Origin: Octopus sinensis
Taxonomy: Eukaryota
NCBI RefSeq assembly: GCF_006345805.1
Contig: NC_043016.1
Span: 3,348,001 to 3,412,000, forward strand
Direction of reading: 5' to 3'
Length of the DNA stretch: 64,000 nucleotides
Part shown: piece after piece, positions 38,332-52,790 of the stretch
Layout: every line of letters begins with the position of its first letter
How positions within the stretch are numbered: the stretch's first letter is position 1
The notes under the pieces: generated by a model
Databases searched by the model: none
The model's input: the letters and a program-made list of their open reading frames with translations, nothing else
What the model was told of the DNA's origin: nothing
Translations under genes and position numbers: made by a program

Positions 38332-40405
38332 TTGATGAGAGCGCCTTATTTCAAATTGATCTAAACGAAAATGCAAGTTGTAAATAAAAAAAGAAAAGGC
38401 TTTTTATGAAAGGTAACGACAGATATACACATTTAGTTGGACTGAGGTAGTAATAAGAGTCATAAAAGTCATTATTATGAGATGACTAAAAAGTCAAAAA
38501 GCAAATTATACCATGGTATCGTGAACGCTATTCATTGCTTTGAATAAGTACCGGCTAATAAACGGTGTCAGGTTTAATAGTTCCTGAGAAAAAAGATTAT
38601 TTGTAAGGGAGGCAAGTATTTCTGGATTTAGAGATGTGATGGTGTAGGAAGTGTATAGGGGTTAGTGGTTTTAATTTAAGGGTTAGTGGTGTTCTGTATT
38701 AAGTTGTGTGTTCATATTTAGTTGGGGGAGATATTCATTGATGAAAAATATACAAATATTAAGGCAAACCAGACTTAAAAATACTCCAGTACATTTCCAC
38801 ATATAACCCTAGAAACAACAAGGCCTTCAACATTATCAACCAAAATCTTCCCATCCTCACAGCAGACAAAACAATGAACTAAATTTTAAGCTCATATAAA
38901 ATTATAAAAAGCAAAAAGCAACAGAAGTCACTGAAAAAAATATTAACCAGCGCTAGACTCTATCCACCAACAACAGAGCCAAAAGTGACAAAATGTGGAC
39001 GTTCTAACTGTGGAACTTGCCCCCACCTTCTGGAGAGTTCAGAATTTCACTTCAAACACGGAGAAATATTTAAGATCAAATCAAATTTCACCTGCGCCTC
39101 GGAAAATCTAATCTATGTCATGACATGCTTAGGATGTGGTAACCGCTATATTGGAAAACAGGAATTTCACTCTGTCGAAGAACCACCATTCACAAAGAGC
39201 AAATCTGCCACCCACAATACAGACAGTTGCAGGTGAGTGGACACATAGAGAGGTGTGCCAGGAATCTTAATCCTAATTTCCAAATCTTCCCCTTCTATCA
39301 ATGTTCACAGAACACCACAATGCAACAAAGGTTGAATAAAGAGACATTTTTCATCAATAAATATTTCCCCCAACTAAATATGAACACACAACTCAATACA
39401 GAACACCACTGACTCCTATACACTCCCTACACCATTCACATTACAATTCTATAGCTAAATCCAGAAATACTTACCTCCCTTACAAATAATCCAGAACTAC
39501 TTGCCTCCCTTACAAATAATCTTTTTTCTCAAGAACTATTAAACCTGACACCGTTTATTAACCAGTACTTATTCAAAGCAATGAATAGCTTTCACGAAAC
39601 CATGGTATACTTTGCTTTTTGACTTTTTAGTCATCTCATAATAATGACTTTTATGAATCTTATTACTACCTCAGTCCATCTAAATGTATATATCTGTCGT
39701 TACCTTTCATAAAAAGCCTTTTCTTTTTTTATTTACAACTTGCATTTCCGTTTAGATCAATTTGAAATAAAGCGCTCTCATCGAAAGCATACGAGCATAT
39801 AGATTTCCAACATACAGGACACTCCATTATAACATTTTAGCAAATTTTTCCTCAGCACTAGAGACTAAAATAATTACATTGCTTCTTTTTTTCTATCATT
39901 GTAGCAGAATGAATTTAGGGAAAAAATACCTAAAGCCTACTATAATCTAGAGCGGCAGAAGAAAATATAGTAGTCTACATCCCCTTAGAATTAAAAGCAT
40001 TGGGAATTGACAGTTAAGTCTTGCTGATAGTGATGAATTAATTAATGGCAGATATCACCACTAACAAGAACTTAACTCTCAGTTCTCAATGCTTTTAATT
40101 CTATGGGGATGTAGACTACTTGCTGCATTGGATCTTTTGATTGTGATAAGGATGAAAATGAATGTTGCTATATCACCACTGCTCTTTCTTGACCCACATT
40201 ATTTTCTTCTCTCGCTTTAGATTATAGTAGGCTTTAGGTATTTTTTCCCTAAATTCATTCTGCTACAATGATAGAAAAAAAATTATTTTAGTCTCTAGTG
40301 CTGATGAAAAATTTGCTAAAATGTTATAATGGAGTGTCCTGTATGTTGGAAATCTATATGCTCGTATGCTTTCGATGAGAGCGCTTTATTTCAAATTGAT
40401 CTAAA
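38332..40405 (+). mobile_element. 5'-truncated PLE (GIY-YIG and 3' pseudo-LTR) flanked by inverted copies of its own tail
   Basis: KCGRSNCGTCPHL...NLIYVMTCLGCGNRYIG. 38332-38745 is the inverse of ~39348-39785, and 40202-40405 is the inverse of 39751-39967. Confidence 0.9.
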
Positions 40406-40552
40406 GATTGCATTGATCGATTAAATGGAGCCGCTTGAAACGGCCGTAATGCACTGATACCTGGATTGACCATCCCGAAATACAACAGTATCTGTTTAAA
40501 CAAACGATTTCACATCAGGAATTTTGCAACAGAAATTGATTATATATATATA

Positions 40553-40934
40553 TCTCTCTATATAAACGGCAGTTTGTCTGTGTGTGTTTCTGTGTGTCTG
40601 TTAGGTTGTACTCTCACCCTGACCACGGCTTTCAACCGATTCTGATGAAACTTGACACACACATAGCCCAAAGTCATAATTCAAAACTAACGCAGAGAAA
40701 ATTTTGAAAAGTTGCCTCAGTTCTAAAAATAATCGATAAATTCGACATGGGGTCGAGAATCAGAAACACAAACCACAGACTGTCTAGGGGACGCAACTCG
40801 ACCGTTTTAACTCTCAAAAAAAATTTACCATAATTTTTTTTCCATTTTTTTGCTATTTTTTGGCTATAACTCTCTAAAAATGCTTTATAGTTATTTCCCT
40901 TACAAACCCGAGCAACGCCGGGCGATACTGCTAG
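40553..40934 (+). mobile_element. Non-autonomous Helitron
   Basis: A|TC 5' end; 3' hairpin cccgagcaacgccggg then CTAG|T; no TSD. Confidence 0.85.
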
Positions 40935-40967
<33 letters not shown>

Positions 40968-40973
40968 TATATA

Positions 40974-41036
<63 letters not shown>

Positions 41037-41052
41037 TAGATAGATAGATAGG

Positions 41053-41096
<44 letters not shown>

Positions 41097-41149
41097 CAGA
41101 CATCTTACTTTCAAGGGAGTTAACTCCAATTCTTACTTTGAATAATGCA

Positions 41150-41285
41150 TTCATTCCGTTGAGGTGAACCCTACTTTTCATCCTTTCGTGACTGATAAAA
41201 TAAATACCAGGTGAATACTGGAGTTGATGTGATCGACTTACGCCAACCTCGAGATTGCTGGCCTTCGGCCAAAATTTGAAGCCAC
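41150..41285 (+). mobile_element. SINE family B 3' fragment
   Basis: ttttcatcctttcg...ataaaataaataccag. Confidence 0.65.
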
Positions 41286-41677
41286 TCTTTTTGTTCCCTT
41301 CTCTCTCTCTCTCTCTCTCTCTCCCTCTCTCTCTCTCTCTTTCTCTCGCTCACACACACACAGATATTTTCATTTCCCATGAATAAATATATCTAAGTTT
41401 TAAAATTTTATCGTTATGACTTAAGTTTTCATAATTGAAAATGCATCAATCTCTCTAAATATAATGTCCTTGATAATTTTGGAAGAAGCTGCATGTGTGA
41501 AACAAATATCAAACGCCTACCAGACTCCTTGGCTACTCATTGTTTTCTACACATTTCAATTTGAAAATATGTATATGCGCACCCGTGTGTACCTGTCTGT
41601 CTCTATGTGAGTGTGTACGAGCGCAGATATATGTGTATGTGTGTGTGTGTGTGTGCGTGGTTTTGTATCGCTTATGT

Positions 41678-42010
41678 TTTATTTATTTCAGTCATTAGAC
41701 TGCAGCCATGCTGGGGCACCGCCTTGAAAGGTTTTATTCGAACGCCTTGAAGGGCTTTATTTTAACGCCAGGTACTTATATCGGTGTCTTTTGCCTAACC
41801 GCTAGATTACGGGGATGTAAACATACCAACACACTGGTTATGAAGCAGTGGTGGAAAACAACACACACACACACGCACACATTCAGCTTCTGTCAACCAA
41901 ATTCATTCACAAAGCTTTGGTCGGCCTTAGACAAGAAGACGCTTACCCAAGGTGCCACTCAGTGGGATTGAACCCGGAACTATGTGGTTGGGAAACAAGC
42001 TTCTTTCCTC
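41678..42010 (-). mobile_element. SINE family A
   Basis: Reverse tail ttcagtcattagactgcagccatgctggggcaccgcc and reverse head. Confidence 0.85.
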
Positions 42011-42582
42011 ACCAAGAGAAAAAACCTTATTCGAGTATCACACAAATTAGCCATTTAAATTTCGCTGTTTTATGATTGTGATGTGTCTGAAATATGCTCG
42101 GCGATTGTAACCTGTTTTTTCTCTACGCTTTCCGACTCACGGACACACTTCAATGATTTATTGAACTGGAAACACTATAAACGTTTAGTGTAACGCTAAT
42201 GTTGTTTTCCATTGAAACGGTGAAATATGGAATATTAAGAAACAAGCCGGAGATTTACCAGAATCGCCAATGGCTATTATTACGGCATAATTGAAATATA
42301 TCGGAGAGTTAGCCTTCTGTCTTTGAAATATTTCTGTTTCAAAGTCGTGAACAAACATTTTCAAAACGGCTAAAAATGAAATATATTTTGATAGAGCCTT
42401 TGAAATTTATTTTCGATGATGAGGATGACAGGTAGAGGAGGGTTAAATGTGGAATTAAGTGACATTTATATATATTTGCTGTAGTTATTAATAATGTTGC
42501 CAGGATACTGAACTATGTTGAGGGCGTGTCTTGTCAGAAGTATGTCAGAAACATTCTCACGAAAATACTATACGTTTGTGCT

Positions 42583-42715
42583 GTCATTTTCGTAAGTTTG
42601 TCATTCAATTTGATAATCGGGTCATTTAAAGTCTCGAAAAAAAATTAGCTCCATGAAGTTAGTCATTCAAATTCGTTTTTCGGTCAATGAATTTAGTATT
42701 TGCCTCATTCAAATT
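42583..42715. repeat. Degenerate ~21-bp periodic array (GTCATTCAA core)
   Basis: Cores at 42600, 42621, 42662, 42683 and 42704. Confidence 0.55.
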
Positions 42716-43305
42716 AAAATGCCCATCGAGAGCATTAAATTGGTCGGAATGCTAGGAAGCGTTTTTTCGAGTATTCAGATTTATACGTGGGCATTTGTGT
42801 TCGGAATAAGTTTATTCTTCGACAGCTAGAAAGCCATGCTTACTCCAGACTGATGATGAGCAATGACTCTGAAACTAATCTCTGGATGGAGGTACTTATC
42901 TCCCCTTTGTAAACATAAAGACACATGGAATTTGTCAAGGCCAACAGGAAACGGTGTTTCCTAGGGCTAAATAACAGTAGCATTCTCCCTTTCATGGGAC
43001 TGTCATATTAAGTTGATAACATACCATCACTTTATTGAGAGATTTAGAAATGTTTTTTTCTAAGTTATTCAATTTAGCACTAATTTAGCATGTGTATGTT
43101 TTTACTCACATTCTGAGAAGAGAATGTTAAAAACGAAAAATCTACATGACGTTGTGTCATGCAAATTCTATTATGTTGTCATAGCAACAAGAAAGAAGGA
43201 ATTACGTGATTCTTCTGTCCACGAAATTCTTTTTCATTGCAACATTCGTAACCGGTCAGTATCAGTTGCGTTTTATATTCCTTTCTCTTGCACCAACTTG
43301 TAATC

Positions 43306-44300
43306 ATGGAACCACACGTAAGGTACATGCATATATCGGATGAAGATAGGGCAAGGGTGGCTGGCGCCTTCGAGGGGCATCAAATCGATTACCTTTGACT
43401 GGCAGAAAACATTGGCATTAAAAGAAGTACTGCCCGATCCATAGTAGCAACCTACCTACTGTTTAAGAGGAGGCCACAAGTTGCCCAGAGGAGGTGCCAA
43501 CCACGTTAAGGTTGATGAGGAAATGAGAGCTAGGATTCAGGGGGTTATTGATACCAACCCACTCGCAATCCTTCAACAGGTGAAGAGGGACTTAGAGGCA
43601 ACGTTGCCCGGAAAGCCACCTGTTCCATGTCTGCAGTCTAAACGGGATGTTGATAACTATGAAGTTGGCCGAAGATGTCCCAGATGCAAGAAATGCCCCA
43701 AGAGCTCTGGAAAAGAGTTATGAGTACGTGCATTGGTTCATGGAAGAAGGAATCTTCGGCCATTGTGTATTAATTGATGAATGTGAGTACAACTTTTGGA
43801 CCGGGCGGTCTTTTGGACGAGCCCCTCGAGACGTTTCTGTTTACTGTCAGCGTAGGAAAAACTGCAACGTCACATTCGCGGTGTCGGGAGAAATCGACTT
43901 GGTTCACCATTCCATTGCGAACAATACCGTTACACGAAATTCTTTCGAGGAGTTCTTGGTGGAAACAGTTCGAGCATGTGCCGACATGTTCCTAGCGGAT
44001 AATCTGTCTACTTGATCTACAACAATGCGTGGCCACACGCTCGTGTCGAGCTCTCAGCTGACGCCAACCCTTGATCAGTCTGGAACTTCTACCTCCTATT
44101 CGCCGTTTCTTAATTGTACAAAAATGGCGCATCCTGCCTTTGAGCGGCTGTCAAGCGGGACTTCGCTTGAGCTGAGTTGCAGCAAAGGGTTGGCGACCGG
44201 ACAGCTGCCGAAGAAACCGAATGACCAGCATATGTCATACAAGAGGTTGCAAGGTGTAACATCGTAGCTATCAATCCAAAAATTGTGTTCGTTAGTATAG
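43306..44300 (+). pseudogene. Tc1/IS630-like DDE transposase, disrupted
   Basis: N-terminal HTH-like LAENIGIKRSTARSIV; VLIDECEYN; IYNNAWPH; PYSPFLN. It has stops and frameshifts, and catalytic residues 2 and 3 appear altered. Confidence 0.85.
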
Positions 44301-44929
44301 ACACACTCAGACCTACCTCCCGTGATGCCTCGGCAGCCAGGAAATAGACGGCCAAATCCTCTCAACGATCTCTCCTTATCAAGGCTTAAATCAATAATTA
44401 TCTGAGTGTACGTAGCACCCTTTCTCCGATGAAAGAAAAAACGCAAAATCAAAGAAATATATATATTTCCCAACTAGACATATTATGCAAGGGAAGAACA
44501 CATATCACAACATAATGTATTCAAAATCAAAGAAAATGAGCATTTGTTGTAATTGTAAGTTTCTTTTAAGAGAAAAGATTGGACCCACACACTTCTTTAA
44601 TTTCTTCTATAAAAAGTTTTTATGTATTTACAGTCAGTCACACCCGCACACATGGTTGTGTATGCACGTTTATATACATTTATGTATCTATGTGTGTGTG
44701 TTGAGAGAGAGAGAGAGAGAGAGAGAGAAAGTGATGTTGTCATGTATACGTACATACGTACATATGCATACATCTTTTTTATATGTTTGTGTGCGCATGT
44801 GTGTGTGTATGTGTGTGAGTGTGTGTGTGAGAAAGAGTGACGACACTGACTCTGTTTCTCTCTCTCTCACGCACATCCATTTCATCTAATATTTAATACT
44901 CTATGTATGTGTGTGTGCGTATGTATGTG

Positions 44930-44995
<66 letters not shown>

Positions 44996-45099
44996 TGTGT
45001 GTGTGCGTGTGGTGTTCCACAATCACTATTTATTTCAATCACTCTTGTGAAGATATTCACGTAACTCATTTTCCCATGTAATCCCCATTTTGATTTTCA

Positions 45100-47670
45100 G
45101 AAAAGTTTCCAAGATAATCGACATCCTAGAGTGAAGCAAAGACGAGTAGAGGTAGTCAAAGTGGACTTCTGCAACTCTGTTAAGTCTATTGAGTATCTTT
45201 GCAAACATATAAACAAAGGTTTAGATGCTGTAAGATATACTCTTATGCAGAATGGCAGTCAGCTGATAAATGAAAATGACGAAGTTGCGCAGTATGACAG
45301 AGGAAGATGCATCAGTACCAATGAGGCTTTTTGGTGCATCTTCAATTTTCCCATTGATGAGAGGCACCCAGCCATCATTCATATAGAGAATGGCTACAGC
45401 GCTATCTTTACAAAACAAACTGCCTTGCAACAAACACTTTCTCCAAAAGAAACTACTCTTATTGCCTTTTTAAAGCTGTGTCAAGTAGATGAAGATACAA
45501 GAAAACTCCTTTACTCACAATTATCCAAGTATTACATCTGGCGAAACAATAAATGGCACAAGAGGAAAGGTGGGCTGATGCTCTTGCAAACGTTTACTGT
45601 GTCCACCCAAACCAAGTAGAATGCTACTACTTACGGCTCCTTTGGCATGAAATACGTAGTCCCAAATCACTCCAAGAGTTGTGTGAAACTTATAGGGAAG
45701 CATGTTATCAACAAAGTCTTTTAGAAAATGATGAGCATTAAGACCATGCGTTGATTGAAGCATCGGGGGTCAGGTTCTCCAAGAAAACTCCGTAACCTTT
45801 TTGCAATTATACTGAACCTATGTCAACTTGGCAGTCCCCAACAGCTTCAAACATCATAAGGACATGGCTGAAGACTTAAAGTATGCAATTCAACAGGCAA
45901 ACCCAGATTTCAATATTCAGTTCTCTGAAACAATTTGTAACCAAGTACTGACTGAAACTGAGGATCAAGCTTTGGCCATGGGATGCAAAAAATTGCAAGA
46001 ATCTGACTCTGGACTGCCAAAAACAAATCGTCAAATTAGTGATTTAACTTCAAGAGACATAGCAAGAGAGATAAGTTATAACATCACAGAGTTGGCTGCA
46101 TTTGTGAATAAATATGAACATAAACTTATTCCAGAACAACGTTGTGTTTATGATAAAATTATTTTGTCAGTCAGAGAAAAATGCGGAGGAATTTTCTTTC
46201 TTGATGCTCCTAGTGGCACATTCTGCCAAGGTCAACTTAGCCTTTCATCCTTTCAATAAAAGTAAAACACAAGTAAAACATAACAACATTGCTTCTCTCC
46301 AAGATAAGGCAGCAAAACACAATTGCAGTTGCTGTAGCATGGTCAGGCTTTGCTGTCACCATTCTCCCAGGAGAACGAACAGCTCATTCTGCTTTTAAAT
46401 GACAACAAAACCTGGTCACAAATGACAGTTCAATTTGTAACATAAACAAAGTTTCAGGTTCAGCAGAAGTGTTGCGTCAATGCCACCTTATCATTTGGGA
46501 TGAATGTACCATGTCACACAGAGGTGCAATGGAAGCTCTTGGTAAGACCTTACAGGACATCAGAAGCAACAATCAATTTATGGGAGGAGTTACATTAGTT
46601 TTATCAGGAGACTTCAGAAAGACATTACCAGTCATTCTAAGACGAACAAGATCTGAAAAAATAAAAGCATGCATTAAGTCTTCACACCAATGGAATAAAG
46701 TACTGGAATTCTCCTGTGCGAGCTTCATTACATGGGGACCAATGTGCAAAACAGTTTTCAACCTGGCTCCACCAATTAGGAAATGGGAAATTGCCATTTG
46801 ATGGGAATGCTGATATCAGTTTGGCTTATATTGCTATCATGGGGAATTTTCCAGTTGTATTGAAGAGCAGGGTATTTCCAGACATAAGTAATAATTACAA
46901 TTCACATAAATGGTTGTGTGGAAGGGCAATTCTTGTTTCAAAAACTGAGACAGTTGCAAGGATTCATTATGAATTAATGAATAAGATTCCATCAGTCATT
47001 AAGAAGTATAAATCAGTTGATTCAGTCCTTGATGAAAATCAAACTGTCCATTACCCAACAGAGTTCCTTAATTCTCTTGAGCCACCTGGAACTCCTCCAC
47101 ATAAACTTTTTTTGACGGAAGAAGTCCTAATAATACTTCTAAGAAATTTAGATCCTCTTTAATTATGCAATGGGACAAGGTTGATTGTGAAGATGTTATC
47201 ACCTAATGTGATAGAAGCTACCATCATCACTAGATGTGCCTCTGGAAAAGAGGTTTCCATTCCAAGAATTCCAATCAAACCAACAGACATGCCATTTGAG
47301 TTCAAACGAGCACAATTCCCAGTTCGATTTTTCTTTACGATGTCTATTAATAAAGCTGAAGTTAAGACTTTGAAATCCACTGGCTTGCACTTAATTGATC
47401 TTTGCTTTTTCTCATTGTCAACTTTATGTTGGCTGCTCCAGGGCTGGTAGTTTGCAAGACTTATTTGTCTATACTCCAAACCAGAAAATAACTCCTCCAG
47501 AAGATATAGGGTTAAAATTAATGTTGTTGTTAATGTTGTTGTTGTTGTCGATTTCTCAATTGAAGAATAAATAGAATTTGGAATAACATATTTCTATACA
47601 TCTTTTGCTTTTTTTCTTTTCCAAATATATAAGAAACAATTTTATTCCCCGGCAACGGGGAAAAAACTAG
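45100..47670 (+). mobile_element. Helitron remnant (Rep C-terminus and PIF1-like helicase) with 3' end
   Basis: FCNSVKSIEYLCKHINKG; FFLDAPSGT; LIIWDECTM; LSGDFRKTLPV; YPTEFLNSL; FPVRFFFTMSINK; hairpin ccccggcaacgggg then CTAG at 47667-47670. Confidence 0.95.
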
Positions 47671-48052
47671 GAAAATATTGAGAATATTTTCCTAGTAATG
47701 TTGGTAAGATAAGAAGAATTAAGCCTACTTACTATCTATAACTTTTTACTTGAGAGCCAGCTGGTTATGATACTGGAGGTTTTCTCACCAGTACTCTGAT
47801 GTCTTCTTTACTAAGAATATCAATCTCGGAGTTCCATGCACCGCAGTCGATAAGTAAATCTTTTTATGGCATGAATTATAACTTTATTGATATTAAATGA
47901 TTATTTAAAAGGTTTTATGAATAGTTCGTTCTATTTCATGTAATCTTCCGCAACACGTCTAGAACCTTTTCAAGTTCCTCTTCAAATTTAACTGTATTTT
48001 ATCAGAATTTTCATTTATCACTAACATAAAATATAGAGTGAGAGTGAGGGAG

Positions 48053-48099
<47 letters not shown>

Positions 48100-48914
48100 A
48101 GAAGAGACACAGTGAGGATACGAGCTAGCTTTTGGGAGCATTTGAGTGAAGTTAATGGAAAAGACATTGCCAGTTGTCGAGAACTGTGGCGTTGTTAGTC
48201 ATAAGCGATTGGAGATGGATGCTTTCATACTTGTAAATGGCACTTGGCAATGAGCTAATATGGTTGAATGGAATAATTTTTAGGGTGATTTCCTTAGTTT
48301 GTGTTGAAGTATTTTGTATAATATTTGTAGGGATAATATCAAATGAGAAAACATTTTGCACTCAATACTTAATATGATGCAAAACGTTCTTCTTGGATAC
48401 TTTTTCTCAGCCATATTATCCTTGTATATTGGTATTCTTGTTCTGAACATACATTGTCCTTCCTGGAAACACTGACAATTCATTAATTTTGGATATTATC
48501 TATAATCATCGATATAGAAATTATCTAGTTTGGCCAAAACACTTCCATGCTCCGAAATGATTTCTTTACCAATAATGTCATTTTTTAAAATTGATATGTT
48601 CTTGAAGAATTTTCGAATTCTGAGAAGATGTTGAGGTATTTCTTAGTGTGGACAGAAGGACGAAGAGAAATGATTGAGTCGGGAGTGACTAAGTAGTAAT
48701 AATACGGCACCAACGACTTCCGAAGAGCATAGGTGCCTGTAGTTACGGTAGAAAGAGGGGGAGTCATTATACCCGTAATTATAGAATGATGAGAGATTGT
48801 TTATGTCTATCAGTCGAAGAGTTTCGTTCAGATATCCTGGATGAGTGTGTGTGTGTGTGTGTGTGTGGTGTGTGTGTGGTGTGTGTGTGTGTGTGGTTGT
48901 GTGTGTGTGTGTGT

Positions 48915-48968
<54 letters not shown>

Positions 48969-49779
48969 TGTGTGTGTGAGAGTAAAATAGATAACTAGCT
49001 AAATAGACTGATTGATAAAGAGTGATAGAAATGAAGAGAGAAAACAAATTTGTTAGGTGAGGATATGACCTTGTTTTAAGGCTCATGGAAAGGAAATTAT
49101 CCGAATTTGAGCCCTTGTTTTCTGGAAGCGACTGCTGAAGGTGGAAACGACAGTTTTGGATATAAGCAGAGTGATGTAATGTGACGATGAATACAAATCT
49201 ATCAGCGAATATAAAGACAATCTTCACTGAAGTCCACGCAGCACATACATCATTGTGATGTGGATATAAGGCAGATATCACATCTTTAGTGAAAGATAAT
49301 TATGATTGTAAAATACGCTCATTATATTATTCCTTTAACAAATGATAAAATATCACAATGTTAATCGTAGTTAAATAGATGAAACACAGTGAATATATAA
49401 TTCCAATAAAATTGGTGTTTGTTGAAACATTGAAAATATGAAGTAATAGCAAACAATTCACTTTTTTTTATCTTTCTTTTAAAGTAAATTTGGTTATTAT
49501 TATGTCACTACAAGAAATGTGTCAAAGGAAATAATTTAAAGTAAATCCAATTTATCTGCTTAAAATATAAAACAGGGCTGAGGATTAGGTCGCTTTCTAT
49601 GATGTCAAATGCATTATTACATCTCTGTTAATAAAAAAGCACACGCACACAAAAAACTTTCAAATATTCAAATAATTTTTGTTATAAACCAAAGAAATGT
49701 TTCAAGGGAAACATTTATAAAATGTTCAAGGATTTGCAGTTGGCTGGCTGGTCGCATACAACTCATTAACTTAAAAAAA

Positions 49780-51010
49780 AAAAGGCTCAAAGCGGTGTCT
49801 TCTGGTGTGTCAAGCGGAGATGAAAGATTGTTTGTGAGCGGTATTGCAACAGTTGGTCAAGTCTTGGATGTCTGTGTATATAACATTCGTACTGTCCGAG
49901 ATGAAGAAGTACGCTGCTCGATGGCAGCTAGTCTTTGTGTCAGTTTTAGCCAACGTTAGCCAGGAGAAGATTTTCTGTTATTGTGAGTCCTTGCATTTGT
50001 ACCGGCGACTGTTCGTATATTTGTTGCGTGCTCTTCATGTTTGAGGGTGAAGATGCTAAAATATTTTTTTGTTATGTGAAGTGATTTTGTGGTTGTGAAC
50101 ATTTTGGAATGACCATTTTGGTTTGATAGTTTGTTATAATGGACATAGTTTAAATTTGGTTCAAATATCTAGCAAGCAGCTTCACAGTACTTGTGTGCGG
50201 AGAGTTTGAGTGGAGTAAATTATGGTATCATTTGCATGGGAGTCTGTGGAGGTGAAGGTAGGTCATTAATGTATTTGATGAAGAGTACGAGAGGCAAGAC
50301 AGAGACAGGGATAAAGAGATAAAGAGGGACAGAGACAGAGAAGGAGAGTGAGAGGGAAAGAGAGAGGGAGAGAGAAAAAGAAATAGAGAGAGATGGGGTA
50401 AGGAGTTTGGCGAGAATAGAGGCTACCTTTGCGGTAGATTGTTTCAACATGAGGGGAGAAACATTGTGAGATAATTAATTGTTATGAGGTACAACAGTGC
50501 CTCTCACTTGTATATATGAAGCAAGGTGGGTGCAAATTAATTACAGCAACGATAATGACAAGATACAATACACATAAAGGCAAGTGAGCTGATCGTCTGC
50601 AGAAGATAGACCGGGGGGTGTAGTGATTAGTGCAGGGTCGATGAGATGGGTGGGGGTGGACGCGAGAAGGGTGAGAGAGGTGGAGGGACAAGTGGTTAGG
50701 AAGTAACTGAGTAGTGGAGACATGGGACAAGGCAGTTCCGAGGAACAGGGGTTGTTATAGTAATGAAGACAGAGGGAAAGCAGTGCGCTTGTGGGCCAGA
50801 GGCTGGAATGTGTGTCTTTGTGATTGAATGCTTTTTCAGTTGAGTGGCCCTTCAATAGATGCACAGGGTGTCTGAGTATGTCGCTTCAGGAACGTCTCAG
50901 GGTGAAGAGCATCATTGGGGGTGGGGGCTACATTTGAGTCTTGTACAGTATCAGCTAATGTTAGGAACAGAAATATCTTCTAGTCCTGATGAGAAGATCT
51001 CGTCTTTAAG
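49780..51010 (-). mobile_element. Old LINE RT remnant
   Basis: LPLVLFIKYINDLP followed by a degenerate YADD-like HANDT. Confidence 0.5.
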
Positions 51011-52295
51011 TACTAATGTGTGTGCAAGATAAGAGAAAATCCATATTATGCAATCACACAGTTTATACATTCAGATTCCGGTGTGTGTTTTATGATTATA
51101 ATTTGTATGAAACGAGTTCGTTGATTGTAAACTATTTCCCTGAAACTAGTCACATTATGACTCATTGAAATATTTCATTATTCGAACTGAATACTTAATA
51201 ATTTTATTATTCGTGCTTAATGTGACATTGAAAATAGGAAATAAACAAGAATCAATGTTGTGCTTTATAAATAAAATCTAATCAGTGGTTGGTGTTAAGG
51301 AGGGCATCCAGCAGTAAAATCCGTGCCAAAACAGACACAGCTAGCCTAGGGTAGTTTTTCTACCTGGCCGTCTCCGAAGCTGGACGTTAAACGATCATGA
51401 TGGTTATAATGACTAAATCGCCAGAAGCGTCTTTAACATAAAGTTTTAGTTCTGCGCAGTTTATATGGCGTCATAACGGAGCATTAAGACGAAAAATGAT
51501 AAAATTTATCTTGGATACGATTCGCTGAGAGAAGATCAGACTAAATATTTTTCTTTGCTCATTGTGGTTTTATCTGGTCATTATGTTAGAGACAGAATTT
51601 CAGTAAAGTTTCCGGTGCTATCGTTAAAATATCGGCATGCTGAATGTATTAAATTGTAATTTTTCACTGAATCAACCGCCAATAGTGGATATGTTTCAGA
51701 AAGATAATAACAAGAAAAAAAAAAGGAAGGAAAGTGTCCTTACATTAAAATTTGAACATCGCTCATACAGAATGTGTTTCTGTATGTTTTTCTATAGTGG
51801 TGAATATAAATACTATGCAAAAACAAACACCTTACCGGAAATACACATCACTTGCAAATGTTTAAACTGATTTCGGCGATAAGCTATCACAATATAATTA
51901 TCATTGTTTGCTTGAAGTTAGTATGCAAATTGTTACGTCAGAATAGAAATATTTCGAAGGAGATAATTCAAAGTAATTCTCATTTATCTCTTTGAAGAAC
52001 GAAATAAGATTATGGAAAATGCCAATTTCTATAACGTCATAATGGATTATTTTATTGTGAATAAAGGAACAGAAGAAATAAATTTTGAGCATTTAAAACA
52101 GGAAGAGGAAACTCGTTTTCAAGGGAGGTAACTCAGAAAATTTTATTCATTTTCTAAAGAAATGTTCATTTTTTACTTCTTAACTGATTTGAATATAATT
52201 TCATTGATTATCCTAATGTAAATATGCAAATACATTCTATGTTCAGTTTGAAAATGTACACACGTGTGTGTGTGTGTGTGTTTGAGAGAGAGAGA

Positions 52296-52328
<33 letters not shown>

Positions 52329-52609
52329 TGTGTGTGTGCGTGTGGTTGTGCATTATTGACACCTCTTTTACTCTTTTACTTGTTTCATGGACAGACATAT
52401 ACTCATATGTACTCACACACATTCACCAAGTCCCGCATATATATCTATATTTACACACAGACACATTTACATACGTCTACAGGCGAATCTTTGTGAGTTT
52501 ATACACAAATACATACACTTGAACACATTTCTGTACATAGATACCTCCACATCTATATAAATGTATAGACATATACACATATACAATTGTGCGTGGGTAC
52601 ACAGCCATT

Positions 52610-52790
52610 ATACGTGGCCATGCTGGAGCACCACGTTTTAGTCGAGCAAATCGATCCCAGGACTTATTCTTTGTAAGCTTAGTACTTATTCTATCGGTCT
52701 GTTTTGCCGAACCTCTAAGTTACGGGGACGTAAACACACCAGCATCGGTTGTCAAGCGATGTTGCGGGGACAAACACAGAAATGCGAAAT
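52610..52790 (-). mobile_element. SINE family A 3' half
   Basis: ggccatgctggagcacc...gtttgtcaagcgatgttg-like reverse body. Confidence 0.8.

Noticed and set aside
39525-39610. Hammerhead in the PLE tail (CTCAAGA...GAA-ACCATGGT-A)
   Set aside because: Essential G5 is C in both copies, and stem II does not abut GAAA.
48643-49281. 212-aa minus-strand ORF
   Set aside because: It is extended by a (CA)n tract, and the unique part shows no recognisable domain or clear splice sites.
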